A DNA stretch of 64,000 nucleotides from Candidatus Uhrbacteria bacterium GW2011_GWC2_41_11 (GCA_000996355.1 LCAH01000001.1:85958-149957), one strand, 5' to 3'; positions 45,825 through 55,815 are shown, counted from the stretch's first letter. The notes: generated by a model not told the origin, from the letters alone. Translations and numbers: made by a program.

Positions 45825-46388
45825 TCAGAGTTTGGTCGGCGTGAAATCGCTCCAACGCTTTATCTCGTGGAAGGCGTTGGGTGTGATATTGGCACTCGTC
45901 GCGTCATCTTGATAGAGCACGAGCTCGTTGTTTATAAGACAAAGCAGGTCCCCCGTGTCGATCGTTACACCAGTCTGATAGATCCACCCCATGCGCGGAA
46001 TGATCGCGAGCGGTTCGGAGCGATCCGGGCAGGAGTTGATCAGTCGATCGGCCAGTCTCACGTGGGAGTCACGCCTATCCGTACGTGCTATCCAGAGCAC
46101 GTCCTTGAGCAAGCTCACCTCCAAGTTGTTGCCACTGACGTGGACGTCGTGTCCTTTTTGAGTTGCTGTGATGATGAAGAGTCCCTTCGGACTGAGACAA
46201 AAGAGCTGGTCGGACCACGGGTTGGGTTGCTGTGCCCTGTAGCCGATGGTGTAGCCCATGCCGATCTTGTTACCACAGAAGTTGTCCAGGTCGACCGAGG
46301 TGTGAAAATCGAGGTTTGGCGTCGTCTCCGTCTGCGATGGGGAACAACAACAACCGCTGATTATGATAATAAGAGCAAGAATGTACAT
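45825..46388 (-). CDS. Lipoprotein (~187 aa), hypothetical
   Basis: Start at the internal ATG giving MYILALIIIISGCCCS, a lipoprotein signal with lipobox ISGC. The antisense + strand ORF (45753-46475) has no such features. Confidence 0.55.
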   Translation of the reverse strand: MYILALIIIISGCCCSPSQTETTPNLDFHTSVDLDNFCGNKIGMGYTIGYRAQQPNPWSDQLFCLSPKGLFIITATQKGHDVHVSGNNLEVSLLKDVLWIARTDRRDSHVRLADRLINSCPDRSEPLAIIPRMGWIYQTGVTIDTGDLLCLINNELVLYQDDATSANITPNAFHEIKRWSDFTPTKL

Positions 46389-46537
46389 CACATCTCCTTT
46401 ATGGTGGGGAAGAGTATACAACGAGACTTCGTTGCCGGTTGTGCCGCAGGATTTTTTGGCAACAAAAAAAGATAACAAAAATATCGATTTTCGTCAAGAA
46501 ATTTGATTTGTGTGTCATTTATTGCTATGAGGTGTTT

Positions 46538-46864
46538 TCATTTTTTTTGAAGAAGTTTTTGGGTCACTTTCGTAGCGATTTTATTCGAGACTTGATTGAT
46601 TGGTCCGTGATGATATGGATCCATTTCTCTAAGAAGTGGGGCAATAAATTCCAATTCCAGACTTTCCATAACATGTGGGTGTCCTTTGCTCTCTATAAGT
46701 GCTTCAACAGCAATCTCGATCACCTCATCTAAGATTTTTTCCGCGTTTTCTCTCGTTCGGTTATTCTCATTTTTTCCTTCCTTTATAAAGCGATCTTTCA
46801 AATTCATAAATCGTTTCGCTGTTTGTTCTACCGAAAATTCTCCATGTCCGGATTCTCTTTCCAT
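46538..46864 (-). CDS. Hypothetical protein (108 aa)
   Basis: ORF only, helical and charged; preferred over an overlapping low-complexity + strand ORF. Confidence 0.35.
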   Translation of the reverse strand: MERESGHGEFSVEQTAKRFMNLKDRFIKEGKNENNRTRENAEKILDEVIEIAVEALIESKGHPHVMESLELEFIAPLLREMDPYHHGPINQVSNKIATKVTQKLLQKK

Positions 46865-46911
46865 ATTTTGAGAAATAAATAGTTTCTTTAGAAAAAAGAT
46901 ACCAAGTTCTG

Positions 46912-48273
46912 TTGGTTAGATCAAATTTAATGAAATGTATCTTTAAATCAAATGGAGTTTTTTCTTTTTCTTTTTCTTTCTTGTATCATAGAAGAAAAAT
47001 ATTAGATCTTTGTTTTATGCCTTCTTACGATTCTGAATTACGACGACTAGATACAGCACGCGAATTTGGACAAAGGGATTATTTTGCTGATCTTGCTTTT
47101 ATTGAGAATCTTTATATAAACACAAATATTCATCGGGAAGATCGTGCAAAACTTTTACGAGATGCTGTTCGATTTCCGATTTTTGATCAAGGTATTCATG
47201 GATCAGGAGGAATAGAAGATATAGAGAAATTTTTGAATCAATTGAATTTTTCTTCAAAAACAGCATTTATTTCTTCTCTTTCCAGAGCATTTGGAAAGAG
47301 AGTTTCAGAACGGTTATATCAGAAGTTTCTTTCGGATTTTAAACGTAGTCTGAATCGGTATTTGGAGAACTATCAACCAGATAGTTTTTTCACGGTTCGA
47401 GAATCTGATCAGGTCGAAAAGATGCAACAATATACCGAGGAGGAATTGAGGAAAGAAGTAGTAAATATTGTTCAATTCATCGAAGAAAAAAATATGCAAT
47501 ATGAGGATTTTGATTTGGTTCTTCACGATGCTCTCTTTTTTACCTGTGCATCTACAAAGAAGAGTTATGAATCAAGTCCAAATAAAAAAGCAATGGAAAT
47601 AGTTGGCTTCCTTAATAAAAAATATGGAAAGGAAAAAGTTCGATTGTATAAAGAAAACATAAAAAGAGTGTGTGCACCTGATTATCATGGGACAGATGAA
47701 GTTGAAAGAAGATTATATGAATTGTTTGCACCATTGAATAATTTAGATTCAAGAGATGTGAAGAGTGTGATTCAACAGAGTGCGATGTATTTTCAAGATG
47801 CGGGTTTACCTCGATGGAAATTTTCAGAAGAGTCATCTGTAAGAAGTTTTGTTTCTTCTGTGAAACAAATGCTGGAATATCAAATTAAAAAAGAAAAACA
47901 CGAAGAATTATTTCAAAAACTTGGTTTATTTTTTGAGACAGAATCACAAAAAGTTGAAGAAAAACAACGAATAGAAAGAATGTATAAAGTAGATTCAAAA
48001 AAGATGGTGCCAAAAGAATATCAATACGAACTATGGGATCTCGGTAAAAAACGAAGAGAGATTTTTCCATTGTTTTTTGAATTTGATGTGGAAAAATCTA
48101 TCACAATTATTTCTCAAGCGACAAGAGATGCTGGTGTTCAAAAAGAATGGCCAAGAAAGTTTGATGAACCTGTATTGCAGCAAATCATGATTTATCTCAA
48201 TGAAATGCACGGGAAGGAAGTTGTTGATCGATTTGTTTCTTCTGTGAAACAACAGTGTGAAGGTTTGAAATAA
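46912..48273 (+). CDS. Hypothetical protein (up to 453 aa; alternative start 47020), all-helical, in an AT-rich segment
   Basis: Long ORF at about 33-36% GC by eye; no recognisable domain. Confidence 0.5.
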   Translation: MVRSNLMKCIFKSNGVFSFSFSFLYHRRKILDLCFMPSYDSELRRLDTAREFGQRDYFADLAFIENLYINTNIHREDRAKLLRDAVRFPIFDQGIHGSGGIEDIEKFLNQLNFSSKTAFISSLSRAFGKRVSERLYQKFLSDFKRSLNRYLENYQPDSFFTVRESDQVEKMQQYTEEELRKEVVNIVQFIEEKNMQYEDFDLVLHDALFFTCASTKKSYESSPNKKAMEIVGFLNKKYGKEKVRLYKENIKRVCAPDYHGTDEVERRLYELFAPLNNLDSRDVKSVIQQSAMYFQDAGLPRWKFSEESSVRSFVSSVKQMLEYQIKKEKHEELFQKLGLFFETESQKVEEKQRIERMYKVDSKKMVPKEYQYELWDLGKKRREIFPLFFEFDVEKSITIISQATRDAGVQKEWPRKFDEPVLQQIMIYLNEMHGKEVVDRFVSSVKQQCEGLK

Positions 48274-48341
48274 TTTTTTATCCTTGACATTCAAGTCACG
48301 GCATGGTTTTTTTGTGGCAGGTCTTTTAAAAAGGAGAAACA

Positions 48342-49499
48342 ATGTCGCATAGGTATCATGATTTTCTGTATAGGGAAATGCATGTCTCGGATTTTATCTG
48401 GGAGCTTCTTCACACACCCCAAGTTCAACGTCTCCATGGTATTTCTCAAGATGTTCTTCCTTCAGGGTTGTTACCATGGAATATGCCAAGTCGACTTGAA
48501 CATGGGATGGGTGTCGTACGTTTGGCAACGGAAGTCATAAAAAACAATCCATCATTCGCGCCTTATGAAAATCTTCTTTTGGGCGCAGCCCTTCTTCATG
48601 ATGCGGGAAATGCATCTCTTTCTCATTTAAACGAACCTTTTTTGAAGGTCATAATGGGAAAAGACGGTGAATCATTTCTGGAAGAAATATTGCATCAATC
48701 TGAAGCTGCTGAGGTATTGAATCATTTTGGATGTTCCCCTGAGCAAGTAGTTCGATTTGTAACAGGGGAAGCGGCACCTCTTTCTCGTGTTTTGAATGGT
48801 TCAATGGATATTGATAACTTGGATAATATTCATCGATACTGGATGATTTCAAATAAGCAACCGCTTTTTGATCCAATTCTTCTTGCATCCTCTTTTCGTT
48901 TTTGTGATGGAAAATGGATGTTGGATGCAAACATGCATCCCGAATCTCGTAAATGGCAAAAAGCGCGTGAGGCTGTCTATGCAGTCATTTATGGAGAACC
49001 TCATTTGAATACAGCCAAAATGCTTGAACGTGCGATTTGGTTTGCTTTTGAGCAAGGAGAACTTTCGGAAGCGTACTTTCGCATGAATGATCAAGAGGCT
49101 GTTGAATACTTGCAATCATGTAATGAAAAAACAGCATTTCTTGCCAACCGGGTTTCTACGCGTGACCTTTATGCGCTCTGTTTTGCTTTTGAAACAACGA
49201 AACCGTCTGAGAAATTTTTGGCTCTTTCCCAAAAATGGGATGCACGCTATGAAGTGGCAGATGCGATTGCAGCACATATAAAAATGCCTCGTGAGGCAGT
49301 GTGTGTGCATCTCGGAAAGGGAAGAGACAGGCGTAAAATCGATTTACCTTTTGTTCGTGATGACGGTTCCTTTTTTATGGACAATAGTCCTCCTGAATGT
49401 TTGGAACCTATCTATCGGATAAAAGTGTATCTTGATGGAGAGGTTCATCGTCATACAATAGCAGTTCATGATATGGTCAAAACATGGATCATGTCATAA
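48342..49499 (+). CDS. HD-domain phosphohydrolase (dGTPase/SAMHD1-like superfamily)
   Basis: HD motifs RLEHGMGVVRLA and AALLHDAGNASLSH, then DIDNLD. Confidence 0.65.
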   Translation: MSHRYHDFLYREMHVSDFIWELLHTPQVQRLHGISQDVLPSGLLPWNMPSRLEHGMGVVRLATEVIKNNPSFAPYENLLLGAALLHDAGNASLSHLNEPFLKVIMGKDGESFLEEILHQSEAAEVLNHFGCSPEQVVRFVTGEAAPLSRVLNGSMDIDNLDNIHRYWMISNKQPLFDPILLASSFRFCDGKWMLDANMHPESRKWQKAREAVYAVIYGEPHLNTAKMLERAIWFAFEQGELSEAYFRMNDQEAVEYLQSCNEKTAFLANRVSTRDLYALCFAFETTKPSEKFLALSQKWDARYEVADAIAAHIKMPREAVCVHLGKGRDRRKIDLPFVRDDGSFFMDNSPPECLEPIYRIKVYLDGEVHRHTIAVHDMVKTWIMS

Positions 49500-49506
49500 G
49501 ATCTTA

Positions 49507-49533
49507 AACGAACGGAAAAGCCGTTCGTTTTTT
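49507..49533 (+). terminator. Rho-independent terminator after the HD-domain gene
   Basis: aacgaacgg-aaaag-ccgttcgtt followed by tttt. Confidence 0.6.
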
Positions 49534-49552
49534 GGTCGTCTATGTTTGGTTT

Positions 49553-50626
49553 ATGGAAACAAAATTATCCCTTCTTTCTCGCAAAGAACAATTTCAACAA
49601 TTATTTCCCTCAGAACCGTCCTATCGCTGGAAACAGATAGAAACGGCTTTTTTTGATGGACACGCAAATGGTTGGCAGGATGTTCAGACACTTCCAAAGT
49701 CTGTGCGTGAAGGTGTAGAACAAGAAATTTTATGGATGACTGTTGAAACAGAACAGGTTTACGATTCCAAACAAAGTCAAACATTTAAAGCAATATTAAA
49801 AACACGAGATGGATTATTTTTTGAAACCGTGCTCATGGAAAATCGAACAGGACAATGGACAATTTGTGTTTCTTCTCAAATTGGATGTGCGATGCGTTGT
49901 TCGTTTTGTGCGACTGGAACCATGGGATTAAAACGAAGTTTGTTGTCTGATGAGATCGTGGATCAATATCGTTTTTGGATGTCTTTTTTGAAAGCGCGTC
50001 CAGAGATATCTCAACGCATCAGTAATGTTGTGTTCATGGGGATGGGTGAGCCCATGGCAAATTATGAAAACGTCAAACAAGCGATTCGAATGTGGCTTAC
50101 GTACACCGATATTGGTTCCACACACATCACGGTTTCTACAGTCGGAATTTTGACACAACTTGATCGGTTGCTTACGGATCCGGATTGGCCGTCGGTGCGT
50201 ATTGCGATTTCTTTGCATAGTGCAAATCAAGAAAAACGTCGTGAAATCATTCCAACAACCGTTGATGATTTTTTAGTGAAACTCGCTGATTGGTCACATC
50301 GATATGCAGAGACTCTTGGCAATCGAAAGCATCATGTGACATATGAATACCTTTTGCTGAATAAAGTGAATGATGGGTTGGATGAAGCAAAAGAACTTGC
50401 TCAATTCATTCGTTCCACTTCTTCAGGAAAAATAAATGTGATTCCGTATAATCCTGTCCCGGATAAACCATTTGAACGCAGTCAGCGTGAATGTATTGAT
50501 CAATTTAAAAATATTCTTGTTTTAGCGGGACTTGATGTGACGGAACGTCGAAGTATGGGAAATGATATTGCGGCTGCCTGCGGACAATTGGTAACGACCA
50601 AAAAAAACGTTCAGGAACGATCCTGA
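49553..50626 (+). CDS. rlmN: 23S rRNA (A2503 C2) methyltransferase RlmN (radical SAM)
   Basis: Radical-SAM CAMRCSFCATG; NVVFMGMGEPMANYENV; start at the in-frame ATG downstream of the terminator (the track's TTG at 49532 lies inside the T-run). Confidence 0.9.
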   Translation: METKLSLLSRKEQFQQLFPSEPSYRWKQIETAFFDGHANGWQDVQTLPKSVREGVEQEILWMTVETEQVYDSKQSQTFKAILKTRDGLFFETVLMENRTGQWTICVSSQIGCAMRCSFCATGTMGLKRSLLSDEIVDQYRFWMSFLKARPEISQRISNVVFMGMGEPMANYENVKQAIRMWLTYTDIGSTHITVSTVGILTQLDRLLTDPDWPSVRIAISLHSANQEKRREIIPTTVDDFLVKLADWSHRYAETLGNRKHHVTYEYLLLNKVNDGLDEAKELAQFIRSTSSGKINVIPYNPVPDKPFERSQRECIDQFKNILVLAGLDVTERRSMGNDIAAACGQLVTTKKNVQERS

Positions 50627-50656
50627 ACGCAATTGTTTCATACAGTAATCATGACT

Positions 50657-51715
50657 TTATTTAGCCATACTTTCCGGAGTAATGATTCCCGCATATTCAC
50701 CATTTTTTGTCACAATGACAACAGGATTGATGGATTCGTTGAGTACATCAAACACCTGTTGAAGCGACATATCCGCATCAACCACAGAGACACGTGCTGT
50801 GATATGTTCTACAGGAAGATGTGGCTGTCTCTTTTGTTCAAGGAGAAGACGTTCAGTTGAAGCGACTCCATATGTACCATCACGGAGAAGAACAGGAAAA
50901 AGACCGATATGTGACGATGCGTCAACAATAGTCTCTGCGATCAGGCGAATCCTTGGTCCTGATGGAGAAGTCCAATGTATTTCTGATATAAGTTCAACCT
51001 GATCAAGGATATTTTGAGCCGTTCCTTTAAGAGATTCGTAAAAACTTGTAAACTCCCAGATCTTTTGTCCTTCAAAGAACATGATGTATGCGATGAATAA
51101 AAGGATATATTGTCCCAACACAAATCCGATGATTCCCATACAAACGGCCAAGAACTTGCTGATTCTGATCGTATAATAAGTCGCTTTCAGTCCGTCCATT
51201 TTTTCCATAAGGAGACCGCGCAAGATTCTTCCGCCATCCATGGGAAACAAAGGAATGAGATTAAATAATCCGATCATTATATTGATTTTCACAATCATAG
51301 CCAGAGACACAAGAAAGAAACGAAGAAAGGTTTGTTCAATCAATGTTTGAATCATCACACTTAAGATGATAGCAATGGTTACAATGAAAAAATTCACCGC
51401 AGGTCCGGCCATGGCAATCAATGTTTCTTGCCTCGGATGACTCGGAATGATTTTCATTCGCATGTGTGCGGCACATCCGAAGATATAAAACGTGATGTCA
51501 TTGGTTAAAACACCAAACCGTCTGGCTGTGAATACATGACCAAGTTCGTGCAGAAAAACAAAAAAGAAACTCACTCCGAGAAGGATAGGTGCATAGAGGA
51601 TCTCCTCATTTTCTTTGAGAAAAAGGGAGAAAATACCAATGATTGCTAAGGGGATAAAAAATGAAACATGAACAAGAATATCAAGACCAAACCAATGCCC
51701 TATTTTTACCTTCAC
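50657..51715 (-). CDS. Site-2 protease family (M50) zinc metalloprotease with tandem CBS domains
   Basis: Multi-TM; HExxH as FLHELGHVFTARRFGV; LDG-like motif PMDGGRIL; C-terminal CBS pair (VVDADMSLQQVFDVL...PVVIVTKNGEYAGIIT). Confidence 0.85.
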   Translation of the reverse strand: MKVKIGHWFGLDILVHVSFFIPLAIIGIFSLFLKENEEILYAPILLGVSFFFVFLHELGHVFTARRFGVLTNDITFYIFGCAAHMRMKIIPSHPRQETLIAMAGPAVNFFIVTIAIILSVMIQTLIEQTFLRFFLVSLAMIVKINIMIGLFNLIPLFPMDGGRILRGLLMEKMDGLKATYYTIRISKFLAVCMGIIGFVLGQYILLFIAYIMFFEGQKIWEFTSFYESLKGTAQNILDQVELISEIHWTSPSGPRIRLIAETIVDASSHIGLFPVLLRDGTYGVASTERLLLEQKRQPHLPVEHITARVSVVDADMSLQQVFDVLNESINPVVIVTKNGEYAGIITPESMAK

Positions 51716-51815
51716 GCAAAACTCCTTTTGTAAAAGAACACCCCTTCCTTTTTCTCAGAAAAAAAAGAACAGAATTGCCTGTTTTATAGGAAAAAATTGA
51801 TTTTGTCAAGAAAGG

Positions 51816-51845
51816 TTGATTTACAAAGGAACCCGAAGGTATACT
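51816..51845 (+). promoter_or_regulatory. Sigma70-like promoter; its -10 ends about 8 nt before the GT2 ATG, so the mRNA may be leaderless or have a very short leader
   Basis: TTGATT, 18-nt spacer, TATACT. Confidence 0.35.
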
Positions 51846-51853
51846 GGTTTTCT

Positions 51854-52903
51854 ATGATTCCAACGGTTTCTATCAATATCGTCGCCTGGAACAGCATGGA
51901 TCGGCTTCCGACTTTACTTGAATCCATCTTTTCTCAAACGTTTCAAAATTTTGTTGTTCGAATTGTTGATAATGGTTCCACGGATCATGTGGGTGAGTTT
52001 TTGCGCGAAAAATATCCGCAAGTGATGCTTATTCGAAATACGCGAAATCTTGGATTTTCTTGTGCTCACAATCAAGGAATTCGATACGCGATTGATAAAT
52101 GGACAGATCAATCGCTTGATGCGTGTTTTGTTCTTGTGGTGAATCCAGATGTCGTGTTTACCCCGACATTTTTAGAAGACCTTTTGCGAAATACAGAAAA
52201 TAATCCGAAGGTTGCGAGTTTTGGAGGAAAATTATTGCGTGCGTTTCCGAATCCGGAAAGTGATGATGCGTGGCGAGATATGATTCGATCTTCCATGATT
52301 GATTCAACCGGACTTCGCCCAAATCGTCGCCGGTGTGTTGCAGAACGCGGAGCAGGAGAGGAAGACACAGGACAATACGATAAAGAGACTGATATTTTTG
52401 GAGTGAGCGGAGCGCTTGTTTTATATCGAGCCTCTGCTCTTGAGGATATACGATTTGAAGAAGATGAATATTTTGATCATGATTTTTTTGCGTATCAGGA
52501 AGATATAGATTTGGCTTGGCGTTTACGCAGTTGCGGATGGTCTGCGCGATTTGTGCCTCGAGCGCTTGCATATCATGAACGAGCCATGTCTGGAAATGAA
52601 CGAGTAACTCTGTGGCAGCTTATGAAAAATCGACAGCGTAAATCGCGGTTGCGCAGTTACTATTCAACACGCAATCATTGGGTCATGCTTTTCAAAAATA
52701 TGTCTTGGTCAGATTGGGTGTTGTCTCTCCCTTGGGTGATTCCGATGGAAGCGGCTCGTTTTGTCTATGTTTGTGTGTTTGAATCTATGAATATTGGTGC
52801 ATTTGCTGAAGTTGTTTTATGGATGCCGCACATGTGGCACAAACGTAGACAGATTATGAAAAAAAGAAATGAATCAAAGACCTTGCGTGCCTGGTTTCAA
52901 TAA
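51854..52903 (+). CDS. Family 2 glycosyltransferase
   Basis: VSINIVAWNS...VVRIVDNGSTD; DxD-type region. ATG 51854 preferred over the track's TTG 51797, which reads through the promoter-like element. Confidence 0.85.
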   Translation: MIPTVSINIVAWNSMDRLPTLLESIFSQTFQNFVVRIVDNGSTDHVGEFLREKYPQVMLIRNTRNLGFSCAHNQGIRYAIDKWTDQSLDACFVLVVNPDVVFTPTFLEDLLRNTENNPKVASFGGKLLRAFPNPESDDAWRDMIRSSMIDSTGLRPNRRRCVAERGAGEEDTGQYDKETDIFGVSGALVLYRASALEDIRFEEDEYFDHDFFAYQEDIDLAWRLRSCGWSARFVPRALAYHERAMSGNERVTLWQLMKNRQRKSRLRSYYSTRNHWVMLFKNMSWSDWVLSLPWVIPMEAARFVYVCVFESMNIGAFAEVVLWMPHMWHKRRQIMKKRNESKTLRAWFQ

Positions 52904-53746
52904 GTGGATATGGATCTTTCTATTTTGATTGTTCACTATAATACCCCGCGTCTTTTGCGACAGACATTACGGAGTATTCGTCGGGCTGCTCCGCGTTTGT
53001 TTTACGAAATTTTCGTCGTTGACAACAATCCTTCCGAACGTCTTCCTGCAAGTTTGCACGCAGAATTTCCTGAAGTGCATATTTTGAAAAGCGAAAAAAA
53101 TATTGGATTTGCTTCAGGAATGAATCAGGGAATGAAAGCGGCTCATGGTCGACATTTTTTAATTTTTAATCCGGACATGATTGTTTTACCCGGATCTCTT
53201 GAACATCTCACAGCTTTTTTGGATGAACATCCATCGGTCGGAATGGTTGGTCCAAAATTATTGCATCCGGATGGCACCCTTCAATTTTCCTGTTATCGAT
53301 TCATGAAACCAATAACGATTGTATACCGACGTCTCCCACTCATTGATTGTCTTTCATGTGTTTCACGGGAATTGAAACGATATCTTATGTCTGATTGGGA
53401 TCATACATCTGTTGCGTCTGTTGATTATCTATTGGGTGCATGTCTTCTTGTGCGACGGGAAGCTGTGGAGGAAGTTGGCGGGTTTGATCCGTCTTATTTT
53501 ATGTATTTTGAGGATCAAGATTGGTGCCGGCGGTTTTGGCAGGCAGGATGGGAGGTTGTTTATCATCCAGAAATCAGCATGATCCATTATCATCGTCGGG
53601 AAACCGCAGAAGGAGGATTTTTTCGCCAACTTTTTCGTCCGCTTACACACATTCAATTGCGAAGCGCGTGGCGTTATTTTCGTAAATTTCGTGGACAGCC
53701 TTATTCCTATGAAAGAAAAAAAATTCGTTCTGAGAGTGGTGAATAG
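52904..53746 (+). CDS. Family 2 glycosyltransferase (second copy)
   Basis: LSILIVHYNTPRLL...FVVDNNPSE; GFASGMNQG; starts right after the previous stop. Confidence 0.85.
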   Translation: MDMDLSILIVHYNTPRLLRQTLRSIRRAAPRLFYEIFVVDNNPSERLPASLHAEFPEVHILKSEKNIGFASGMNQGMKAAHGRHFLIFNPDMIVLPGSLEHLTAFLDEHPSVGMVGPKLLHPDGTLQFSCYRFMKPITIVYRRLPLIDCLSCVSRELKRYLMSDWDHTSVASVDYLLGACLLVRREAVEEVGGFDPSYFMYFEDQDWCRRFWQAGWEVVYHPEISMIHYHRRETAEGGFFRQLFRPLTHIQLRSAWRYFRKFRGQPYSYERKKIRSESGE

Positions 53747-53754
53747 CAGAAATT

Positions 53755-55797
53755 TTGTGTACCATAAAGGACATGACACACAGCGTAAATTTTCTTGAAC
53801 ATCTTGAACAACCTTCTCAACAACGAACACATAAACATCGTCGTGTTTGGTTGATTGTTTTTTCTCTTCTTGGCAGCATTCTTTTTTTGGCTGTGCTTTT
53901 TTTTGTTCTTGTTTGTGGACAAGTTTTGGTTGCAGCTTTTGATGGAAAAGATCGGTTGGTAGCAGTACAAGAAGCTGTAGTTCATCAGGATTTTGAACAA
54001 GCACAACATGAACTTGTTGTTGCTCAAGAAGATTTTGATCAGGCTGAGCGCGGTTGGCAGCGTCTGCGTTGGCTTCGTTCTTTTGGGTGGGTCGGAGTTC
54101 AATGGGAGGCTGTACAGACAATGATTCATGCTGGAAATCATCTTGTGACAGCTGCAGAAGATGTCGTGAATTTTGGAGCAGAACTCATGCGATTGTCTGG
54201 TGTGACAGCGGAACAACTTTCTTCCATCCGTCCAGACATAGGGGCTGAATCAACGTACGATCAGCTTTCTGCAAAAACAAAACGTGCACTTTTACAGCGT
54301 TTAGCAGGAGGGGCTCCCGATCTTTCTGTGACAGCTGCAAAAATAGATGTTGCCCTCGCAGAACTTGATTTGCTTTTTACAAAAGATCTTGCTACGCCTC
54401 TTTCAACAGCTTTGAAAATAATGAAAGATCGCGTAGAACCTCTTGCGAATGCTGTAAAAACAGCTTCTGTATTTGCGTCTCTTATTCCTGCATACGCAGG
54501 TTTAGATCATCCGGTGAATCTGCTTGTGTTATTTGAAAATAATAATGAGTTGCGTCCAGGAGGAGGATTTATTGGAACATTCGGAGTACTCCAAATCCAA
54601 GATGGAGAAATTCGTTCGTTTGTCACAAAAGATGTTTATGCACTTGATGATCCCGCAGATCCTCAATATGAAGCAATGCCTCCGGAACCATTGCGTCGAT
54701 ACAATGCGTCGGGAGATTGGTTTTTCCGCGACAGTAATTGGTCTCCTGATTTTTCTGTTTCGGCTAGACAAGCGCTTGCAATTTTTGAACAAGAAAATCG
54801 TGTGTTACCTGAAGAGATGCGTGTTCAGTTTGGTTTCCCAGAGACATTTGATGGGGTGATTGCATTTACGCCAACGTTTGCAGCCGAGTTATTGCGATTA
54901 TTGGGACCGGTTGAAATGGGAGGACAAATTTTTACCTCAGAAAATATTGCAGAGACGTTAGAGTATCAGGTGCAGTTTGGATTTTCCAAAGCAGGTATTC
55001 CTGAACCACAGCGCAAAGATATTTTAGTCGGTCTGATTGAAAAAGTGCGTTATCGATTCATGAATCTTCCAGCCAAAGAATGGTCAAAATTTTTAGATGT
55101 TTTTTCTGAAGCGATTCAGAAAAAACACATGGCTTTTTTTCACACAGATTCAGAGATACAAGAACGTCTGATACATGCAGGGTGGGCCGGTAACATCACT
55201 CCATCAGACGGAGACCATTTGATGGTTGTGGATGCAAATCTTGCAAGTCTGAAATCAGATCCTGCGGTTCAGCGGACTATTTTTTATAGTATACGTCCAT
55301 CAAGTGATGGAGAATATGTCGCACAAGTAACGATCCGATATGAGCACAAAGGAAATTTTGATTGGAAGACAACGCGCTATCGAACCTATACACGTGTGTA
55401 TACTCCGCTTGGAAGTCGTCTTCTTCGCGCATCCGGTATGTTTATTGATGATGCACTGAAAGATCCAAACCGAAATCCAGGGTCTGTAGATATGGGAGAA
55501 GAACTTGGATTTCAAGTGTTCGGAGCATTTACATCTGTAGAACCAGGACAAACACAAGAGTTGCATTTCGAATATTTACTCCCTTCTTCGATAAAGGAGA
55601 TAATTCAAAAAAATCAGTATCATTTGAAAGTCTATAAACAGATAGGAGCTTTATCTCATGCATTGACGCTTGATCTTGATTTTGATAAAACGCTCAAACA
55701 CGCCTTGCCTGAAGAAGAAATGAAAGAATGGAATGATGATGTCTATCGATTGAACACGAAATTAGATCAAGATCGGACGTTTGAGGTGAATTTTTGA
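53755..55797 (+). CDS. Membrane-anchored extracytoplasmic protein (~680 aa) in the glycosylation cluster; possibly DUF4012-like
   Basis: N-terminal TM (LIVFSLLGSILFLAVLFFVLV); motif NNNELRPGGGFIGTFGVLQIQDGEI. The DUF4012 assignment is from memory and is weak. Confidence 0.6.
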   Translation: MCTIKDMTHSVNFLEHLEQPSQQRTHKHRRVWLIVFSLLGSILFLAVLFFVLVCGQVLVAAFDGKDRLVAVQEAVVHQDFEQAQHELVVAQEDFDQAERGWQRLRWLRSFGWVGVQWEAVQTMIHAGNHLVTAAEDVVNFGAELMRLSGVTAEQLSSIRPDIGAESTYDQLSAKTKRALLQRLAGGAPDLSVTAAKIDVALAELDLLFTKDLATPLSTALKIMKDRVEPLANAVKTASVFASLIPAYAGLDHPVNLLVLFENNNELRPGGGFIGTFGVLQIQDGEIRSFVTKDVYALDDPADPQYEAMPPEPLRRYNASGDWFFRDSNWSPDFSVSARQALAIFEQENRVLPEEMRVQFGFPETFDGVIAFTPTFAAELLRLLGPVEMGGQIFTSENIAETLEYQVQFGFSKAGIPEPQRKDILVGLIEKVRYRFMNLPAKEWSKFLDVFSEAIQKKHMAFFHTDSEIQERLIHAGWAGNITPSDGDHLMVVDANLASLKSDPAVQRTIFYSIRPSSDGEYVAQVTIRYEHKGNFDWKTTRYRTYTRVYTPLGSRLLRASGMFIDDALKDPNRNPGSVDMGEELGFQVFGAFTSVEPGQTQELHFEYLLPSSIKEIIQKNQYHLKVYKQIGALSHALTLDLDFDKTLKHALPEEEMKEWNDDVYRLNTKLDQDRTFEVNF

Positions 55798-55815
55798 AGA
55801 AAGGGAAGTATTTCT

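Noticed and set aside
45753-46475. 240-aa + strand ORF
   Set aside because: It overlaps, antisense, a minus-strand ORF with a canonical lipoprotein signal (LIIIISGC). It has no SD and an Arg/Val-rich translation typical of an antisense GC-rich frame. The lipoprotein was kept instead, with moderate confidence.
40200-46480. Calling the GC-elevated block a defined genomic island or mobile element
   Set aside because: The composition shift is estimated by eye on a few hand-counted 100-nt samples and is moderate. No flanking direct repeat or integrase is visible. It is reported as a finding to be tested, not annotated as a mobile_element feature.
49532-49552. TTG start for rlmN given by the ORF track
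   Set aside because: The TTG lies inside the T-run of the upstream terminator. The in-frame ATG at 49553 (METKLSLL...) is the more plausible start.
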